Origin: Moraxella nasovis | GTDB lineage: Bacteria > Pseudomonadota > Gammaproteobacteria > Pseudomonadales > Moraxellaceae | Direction: 5' to 3' | DNA: 32,000 nt | Assembly: GCF_022701215.1 (NCBI RefSeq) | Contig: NZ_CP089976.1 | Coordinates: 30,001 to 62,000, forward strand | Part shown: piece after piece, positions 26,668-32,000 of the stretch | Position numbering within the stretch: position 1 is the first letter of the stretch | Layout: each line of letters starts with the position of its first letter | Notes under the pieces: generated by a model | The model's input: only the letters and a program-made list of their open reading frames with translations | Told to the model about the DNA's origin: nothing | Database searches by the model: none | Translations under genes and position numbers: made by a program

Positions 26668-26696
26668 TTGAGAACACCTTAATTTTTTGGTACAAT
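26668..26696 (+). promoter_or_regulatory. putative rpsT promoter 2
   Basis: TTGAGA, a 17-nt spacer, then TACAAT. The tandem arrangement recalls the two promoters described for E. coli rpsT. Confidence 0.5.
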
Positions 26697-26812
26697 AGAC
26701 GTTTTAGTGTTGAGCAACGTGTCTATTGGCATTTGCCAAATTGATAATTCGCTGGCTGCTAGAATTATCCGCTCAATACCGCTTATTTTATTTCATTTTT
26801 AAGGATACACTT

Positions 26813-27082
26813 ATGGCAAACTCAGCCCAAGCTCGTAAACGTGCTCGTCAAAACGTAAAACGTCGCACGCAAAATGCTTCTCAACGCTCAATGGTTCGTA
26901 CTTATATCAAGCGTGTTACCGCAGCCATCGAAGCAAAATCATATGAATTAGCTACCGAAGCTTATCAAAAAGCAGTTCCTGTTATTGATCGTATGGCAGA
27001 CAAAGGCATTATCCATAAGAATAAAGCTGCTCGTCATAAGAGCCGCCTAAATAAAGCAGTTAGAGCTCTAAAAGACGCTTAA
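26813..27082 (+). CDS. rpsT: 30S ribosomal protein S20
   Basis: [35 protein letters not shown]; SD aagga. The track ORF start at 26726 is an upstream in-frame extension. Confidence 0.9.
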   Translation: MANSAQARKRARQNVKRRTQNASQRSMVRTYIKRVTAAIEAKSYELATEAYQKAVPVIDRMADKGIIHKNKAARHKSRLNKAVRALKDA

Positions 27083-27097
27083 TTTTCTGCCTTTAAT

Positions 27098-27131
27098 AAA
27101 AAAAACCTTAATTTAATGTTAAGGTTTTTTT
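27098..27131. terminator. bidirectional rho-independent terminator between convergent rpsT and apaH
   Basis: Stem aaccttaa (27104-27111) pairs with ttaaggtt (27119-27126), flanked by an A-run and a T-run. Confidence 0.75.
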
Positions 27132-27154
27132 ATGGTTTAGATAATAGCTTTAGC

Positions 27155-28006
27155 TTAGCTAGACGTATCATTATCGTTGTTTACGCTAAATATCACCCCA
27201 TCTGCCAAGCGATACGCCACTAAGCTGCCACCCCAAACAAAGCCGCCATCAAGTGCTCGTACTCGTGGCGTGGCTATTTTAGCTTGCAATGCCGCCCAAT
27301 GCCCAAAATAAATCCGTCTTTTTCTTGGCACTTCCCATTCAAACCATGGGCGAAAGTCACTTGGCATCTCATCATCAAGCGACTGCTTAAAAGAAAACTC
27401 AAGCATTCCATCTGCTGTACAAAGTCGCATTCGGGTTAGATAATTGGCGATGGCTCTTAGTCTTTTTTTACCTCGAATATCATCGCTCCATACGTCAATT
27501 TTTTTATTATAGAGCTTTTTAAGCACACGATCGACTTTGTTTAAGTTACCGCTGAGTTTTTTTTGGAGTTTTTTGGCGTATTTTTCGGCTTGATCTATAC
27601 TCCAGTTTGGCGGGATACCAGCATGAGTTATGACGCTTTTATCATCTGGATATAGCAAAAACGGCTGTTTGCGTAACCATTCTAGCAATTCATCACAATC
27701 TTGTGCCAAAAAAATCTTAGAAGTACGATCTTTAGGATTGATGGGTAAAATATGTCGCCATGTAGCGATAAGCGTAATGTCATGATTGCCAAGCACAGTG
27801 GATAATGCACCTACATCAGCTAGTGCTTTTACCTTACGCAGTGTGGCAAGCGAATCCTCACCTCGTGCCACAATATCACCTGTTAGCCAAAGCTTATCTT
27901 GCGTTTCATCAAACTCAATCTTATCCAAAAGATTACAAAACGCCGCATAACAGCCTTGTAAATCACCGATAATATACTCATGGCGATAGCTTATATTATC
28001 ATTCAT
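27155..28006 (-). CDS. apaH: bis(5'-nucleosyl)-tetraphosphatase, symmetrical
   Basis: Metallophosphatase motifs [17 protein letters not shown] and GNHD. ATG 28006 overlaps the rsmA stop (ATGAATGA). The alternative start is 28024. Confidence 0.85.
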   Translation of the reverse strand: MNDNISYRHEYIIGDLQGCYAAFCNLLDKIEFDETQDKLWLTGDIVARGEDSLATLRKVKALADVGALSTVLGNHDITLIATWRHILPINPKDRTSKIFLAQDCDELLEWLRKQPFLLYPDDKSVITHAGIPPNWSIDQAEKYAKKLQKKLSGNLNKVDRVLKKLYNKKIDVWSDDIRGKKRLRAIANYLTRMRLCTADGMLEFSFKQSLDDEMPSDFRPWFEWEVPRKRRIYFGHWAALQAKIATPRVRALDGGFVWGGSLVAYRLADGVIFSVNNDNDTSS

Positions 28007-28865
28007 CAGCCACCCCCTGTTCATTACGCTTAGCCAAACTAATGTCTGCTAAATGCACAAAATCTGCTACGCTTAATGTCTCTGGACGAGCTTGGGGGTT
28101 AATACCTGCCTGCTCAAAATCAGTATCATCTAGCACAGGTAGTAGACTATTACTCTTAAAAATTGCTCTTAATGTCTTACGTCTGTGGTTAAAAGTCTCA
28201 CGAACAATAAGAGCAAATAAGGACTCATCTTTAGCTTTGATGGGTTTTTCGTGAAAAGGCGTCAGTCTAAAAACCGCACTCGTTACCTTAGGTGGCGGAT
28301 TAAACGCTCCTTTTGGCACAGTTAATAAATACTCTGTATTACAATAATACTGCATAATAACTGACAATCTGCCGTACGTCTTCGTATTAGGCGAAGCAGT
28401 AATGCGATCAACAACTTCTTTTTGGAGCATAAAATGCATATCAGTAATGACATCGCTAAAGTCAAGTAAACGAAATAAAATGGGCGTAGAAATATTATAA
28501 GGCAAATTCCCCACCACGCGAAACGACCCTTTGCCTATTTGCTCAGCAAGCTGTCGGTAATCAATATGCATGGCATTATCATTGATGATGGTAAAATCAT
28601 TATGGCTGTTTGCACCGATATTAATCTTTAACTGACCTGCTAAATCACGGTCAAGCTCTACCACTGTCATACCATAAACTTCAGCCAGTAGTGGCTCGGT
28701 TAATGCCCCCAGACCAGGACCAATCTCTAGTAAATTATCGTCTTTTTGGAGATGAATGCTATCAACGATTTGGCGTATCACACTTGTATCATGTAAAAAA
28801 TTTTGCCCAAAGCGTTTTCTTGGGGCGTGTTTTGCGTCTTGGGGTGTCTTTGGAATGATAGACAT
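27999..28865 (-). CDS. rsmA: 16S rRNA (adenine1518/1519-N6)-dimethyltransferase
   Basis: Motifs [19 protein letters not shown] and NLPYNIS. ATG 28865 is preferred over the TTG at 28880. Confidence 0.9.
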   Translation of the reverse strand: MSIIPKTPQDAKHAPRKRFGQNFLHDTSVIRQIVDSIHLQKDDNLLEIGPGLGALTEPLLAEVYGMTVVELDRDLAGQLKINIGANSHNDFTIINDNAMHIDYRQLAEQIGKGSFRVVGNLPYNISTPILFRLLDFSDVITDMHFMLQKEVVDRITASPNTKTYGRLSVIMQYYCNTEYLLTVPKGAFNPPPKVTSAVFRLTPFHEKPIKAKDESLFALIVRETFNHRRKTLRAIFKSNSLLPVLDDTDFEQAGINPQARPETLSVADFVHLADISLAKRNEQGVADE

Positions 28866-28935
28866 TGTTATTTTTCTCAAATAAAGTGAATGTAACTTGA
28901 ATGATTTGCCAGCTAAGCTAAGTTTGGCTATTTTA

Positions 28936-29523
28936 TCAGATATGCCCGCCTAACGTATGCGAATATAAAATTAAACTTGCGATCAATATTAGCATAGCAC
29001 CGCCTACAATCATTGCACTACGTCCAAACATCGCCAAGCGATTGCCTAAGTACAGCCCAATGGTCGCCATAATGGTTGTGGCAATACCAATAAGCAATGC
29101 TGCAAGCCAAATATTGACTACTATAAAAGCAAGCGACACACCAACAATCATCGAATCAATGCTGGTAGCTACCGCTGTTAAAATAAGCAGAACTGGACTA
29201 CTGGTTTTATTGTTTAAGTTGCCATCAATGTTATCTGTGCCATCGCTTTTCATGCCTTCATAGACAAACCTTAGCCCCAAAAATGTCAGCAAGACAAAAG
29301 CAATCCAATGATCAAGGCGTGCTATCCACTCGCTAGAGCTTGCAAGTTTGGCAATTAACCAGCCGATAACTGGAGTGATACCTTCTACCACGCCAAACAC
29401 AAGCCCCATCTTTAAAGCCTTAGTAAATCTTCGGTTGCTAACCACTGTGCCTTTGGCGATGGCGACAGCGAACGCATCCATCGACATACCGAACGCTAAG
29501 ATGACTAAAGGAATAAAGTTCAT
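28936..29523 (-). CDS. mntP: manganese efflux pump MntP (DUF204)
   Basis: [25 protein letters not shown] and an internally duplicated 6-TM architecture. Confidence 0.8.
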   Translation of the reverse strand: MNFIPLVILAFGMSMDAFAVAIAKGTVVSNRRFTKALKMGLVFGVVEGITPVIGWLIAKLASSSEWIARLDHWIAFVLLTFLGLRFVYEGMKSDGTDNIDGNLNNKTSSPVLLILTAVATSIDSMIVGVSLAFIVVNIWLAALLIGIATTIMATIGLYLGNRLAMFGRSAMIVGGAMLILIASLILYSHTLGGHI

Positions 29524-29541
29524 TATCGGCTACTAACGCTG

Positions 29542-30312
29542 CTAGCATTCATTCTTTAATTTACGCAAAGCAGTAAACACGCTGATACTATCTGTCTTTT
29601 TAAGCTCTATTTTGTCTTGTAGGCGGGTAATAAGCTCCTCATCGTCAGTCTGTAAGAATACATTGATTTGGTATTCATGCGACAGCAGTGTTGGTAGTGA
29701 GATTTGTCCCTGTTTAAGCTTTGATAGAGTATCGGCCAGTGCTTGTTCAATAGCAGGCTTAGCTTTATCGCTACATACCATAAGCCCAAAGCGTAAGTTA
29801 TCTGCAGTGTATTCGTGTGCTGGGTAAAATAACGTATCTTTTGGTAAACTTTTAAAGCGTGCTAAGCTGTCGTGTAGCTGCTGCATCGTGCCTGTAAACA
29901 CCCTGCCACAACCCCCGCTAAATAAGGTATCAGCACAAAATACATGGGTCTTATCACCTACGCAAAGTAGATAAGATAAGTGCGTATCGGTATGACCTGG
30001 CGTATGCCAAACATTAAAGCTAAGGTCGTCTATAACGACAGTATCGCCCTCATTTACATAGTCGGCATTCACGCCATGCTCGGCATGAGAAAAAGTCTGC
30101 ACACTTGGATAAACCTGCTGCAACTCTTTAACACCGCCTGTATGATCATCATGATGATGGGTGATGAGTATGGCAATAAGATTAAGACGATGATCTTTTA
30201 GATATTTTAGTACTGGAGCAGCCTCGCCTGGATCGACGATGATTGCTTGATTGCCTTTAACAATCGCCCAAATGTAATTATCATCAAGTGCTTTAATAGC
30301 ATCAATACGCAT
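29542..30312 (-). CDS. gloB: hydroxyacylglutathione hydrolase (glyoxalase II)
   Basis: THHHDDHTGG metallo-beta-lactamase motif. Start moved to ATG 30312 (MRIDAIKALDDNYIW), with SD aagga, 13 nt after the serC stop. Confidence 0.85.
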   Translation of the reverse strand: MRIDAIKALDDNYIWAIVKGNQAIIVDPGEAAPVLKYLKDHRLNLIAILITHHHDDHTGGVKELQQVYPSVQTFSHAEHGVNADYVNEGDTVVIDDLSFNVWHTPGHTDTHLSYLLCVGDKTHVFCADTLFSGGCGRVFTGTMQQLHDSLARFKSLPKDTLFYPAHEYTADNLRFGLMVCSDKAKPAIEQALADTLSKLKQGQISLPTLLSHEYQINVFLQTDDEELITRLQDKIELKKTDSISVFTALRKLKNEC

Positions 30313-30325
30313 GACAGTCCTTAAA

Positions 30326-31405
30326 TTAGCCGTGTTGTTTTTCAAAATCATTCATAAAATCTACTAATGCCAAAACTTGATCTAATGTGACGGCATTATA
30401 GATACTAGCACGCATACCCCCCACCGCACGATGACCTTTTAGGCTTAGCAATCCAGCTTTCTTACTTTCTTCTAAAAACAGCTTATCTAACTTACTATCT
30501 GCTAAGAAAAATGGCACATTCATGATAGAGCGGTGCTGTGGATTGACATCATTACGATAAAAGTCGCTATCATCAATCGCTTGATAAAGTGCTTGGGCTT
30601 TTTGGCGGTTGAGTTTGTTGATGGCTTCTACGCCGCCTTGTTCAAGCAGCCACTCAAAAACCAGCCCTGACAGATACCACGCATATGTGGCAGGCGTGTT
30701 TAGCATAGAATCACTATCAAGCTGATTTTGATAATTCATCACCGCAGGACACCATGGACTTGCCTTGCCTAATAAGTCCTTGCGTACGATGACAATGGTT
30801 ATGCCTGCAGGACCAATGTTTTTTTGAGCACCTGCATAAATCATGCCAAAGTCATTCACGTTGATTGGTTCAGATAAGATACAAGATGAAAAGTCCGCTA
30901 CAATCGGAGCGTCTACTTTTGGTGTATCAAATATTTGCACGCCATGAATCGTTTCGTTTGGACAGTAATGAAAGTAGTCTGCCTTATCACTAAGTTGCCA
31001 TGTATCTATGCTTGGTACGTCCTTGCCATCACCCTTGGCAACGACATTCACCTGACCCAAGCCAAGAGCTTCGTAACGCAAAGCTTCTTTGATGGCTTTA
31101 TTTGACCATGTACCAGTATCCAAATAATCTACCACGCCACCGCCTAGATTTAACGGAATGGCAGAAAATTGTAAAGAAGCACCGCCTTGTAAGAACAATA
31201 CAGCATAATCATCACTGATACCCATAAGCTTACGCAAATTGGCTTCAGCTTTTTGTGCTATCTCAATATAATCAGCACTTCGATGGCTAATCTCCATCAC
31301 ACTTGCTCCAAGCCCCTGCCAGTCTAACAGTTCAGCTTGGGCACGTTCAAGCACAGCGGTCGGCATACTTGCAGGACCTGCACAAAAATTTGCAAAACGA
31401 TTCAT
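30326..31405 (-). CDS. serC: phosphoserine aminotransferase
   Basis: NFCAGPA N-terminus; class-V aminotransferase of ~360 aa (GAQKNIGPAG). Confidence 0.9.
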   Translation of the reverse strand: MNRFANFCAGPASMPTAVLERAQAELLDWQGLGASVMEISHRSADYIEIAQKAEANLRKLMGISDDYAVLFLQGGASLQFSAIPLNLGGGVVDYLDTGTWSNKAIKEALRYEALGLGQVNVVAKGDGKDVPSIDTWQLSDKADYFHYCPNETIHGVQIFDTPKVDAPIVADFSSCILSEPINVNDFGMIYAGAQKNIGPAGITIVIVRKDLLGKASPWCPAVMNYQNQLDSDSMLNTPATYAWYLSGLVFEWLLEQGGVEAINKLNRQKAQALYQAIDDSDFYRNDVNPQHRSIMNVPFFLADSKLDKLFLEESKKAGLLSLKGHRAVGGMRASIYNAVTLDQVLALVDFMNDFEKQHG

Positions 31406-31521
31406 AATATATCCTTAAGCTCAAAAGTTTATTACATAGCTCTATTTTATCACAGACCTTCATACTCGGTAAAATTAGTTTCAGACTTGTTAAAGTTAGA
31501 TTGTCAGTACACAGCTTTTAA

Positions 31522-32000
31522 TCAGCCCAGCACACTTTCCCACACTGTACATACATAAGTTCGTAAGCATTGCCATGTATCATCGTGGACGATCATTTTT
31601 TGTTCAAGTAAGGCAAGCTCGTGGGTTTTTTGGCGTAGTTTCAGATAGGCTTGCGTCAAGCGATCGCATTGCTCAGGCGTCCAGATACCCGTCTTACTAA
31701 TCTCTTTAAAAATTCGTACATTATCAGGATAGATGGCAAGATTAGGGTATTTATGAGCGTAGCCTAGCACCATAAATTGTGCCAAAAACTCAATATCTAC
31801 AAGTCCGCCAAAGTCTTGTTTTAGATGAAATTCATGAGATTTTTGACTTCCTAAATGCGACTGCATTTTTTGACGCATGTCATTGACATCTTGCTTAACT
31901 TGGGCGATATCTCGCTTGGTAGTCAGCACCCTAATGCGACTGCTATCAAACTGAGCCAACACCGCTTTATCACCACAAATCCCCCTTGCCCGCACCAATG
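31522..32000 (-). CDS. glnE: glutamine synthetase adenylyltransferase, C-terminal fragment (5' end beyond window)
   Basis: FHLKQDFGGLVDIEFLAQFMVL is typical of the GlnE nucleotidyltransferase C-terminal region. The ORF runs off the window end. Confidence 0.75.
   Translation of the reverse strand, partial: LVRARGICGDKAVLAQFDSSRIRVLTTKRDIAQVKQDVNDMRQKMQSHLGSQKSHEFHLKQDFGGLVDIEFLAQFMVLGYAHKYPNLAIYPDNVRIFKEISKTGIWTPEQCDRLTQAYLKLRQKTHELALLEQKMIVHDDTWQCLRTYVCTVWESVLG

Noticed and set aside
29524-29541. Looked for a yybP-ykoY manganese riboswitch upstream of mntP (present in the E. coli mntP leader)
   Set aside because: Only 18 nt separate the gloB stop from the mntP start, so there is no room for a riboswitch. 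mntP appears to be co-transcribed with gloB here.
1-32000. CRISPR arrays, tRNA, rRNA, integrase or att sites at the island border
   Set aside because: Scanning by eye found no regularly spaced 25-40-bp repeats, no cloverleaf-like tRNA candidates in intergenic regions and no tyrosine or serine recombinase-like ORF. The island's left border lies outside the window. A tRNAscan, Rfam or CRISPR-finder run would be needed to be certain.

Overview
The window splits into two parts. Positions ~1-10,880 are an AT-rich accessory island; hand counts of sample lines give roughly low-30s %GC against mid-40s in the core, and this was not computed. The rest (~12,150-32,000) is ordinary gammaproteobacterial housekeeping DNA. 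Protein similarities and the bamD<>rluD-pgeF and rsmA-apaH synteny suggest a Moraxellaceae-like genome, but that is a guess. Core genes are an ABC1/UbiB-like kinase, moeB-like, prmC, sodA, ubiA, pgeF, rluD, bamD, dnaG, a GST, gyrA, an NAD(P)-binding protein, rpsT, apaH, rsmA, mntP, gloB, serC and the 3' part of glnE. The island looks like an integrated plasmid-like element. It carries a Rep_3-type initiator with an oriV-like upstream region. A divergent operon encodes a very divergent family-A (Pol I-like) DNA polymerase, followed by a >=539-aa ORF that runs off the window edge and is missing from the ORF track. It also carries a 3-TM membrane protein. A 3.5-kb cassette is bracketed by ~135-bp inverted repeats (~93% identical). 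The cassette holds a frameshifted GDSL + SLT-like cell-wall hydrolase gene, two secreted proteins of unknown function and two decayed tnpB (IS200/IS605-type) 3' remnants. One remnant is directly followed by the right-hand repeat, which ends 8 nt before a LysR-family gene. The best candidate for a novel system is the Rep_3 initiator paired with its own family-A polymerase and linked unknown genes. All functional calls rest on motifs recognised by eye; no database search was possible. I saw no rRNA, tRNA or CRISPR array.
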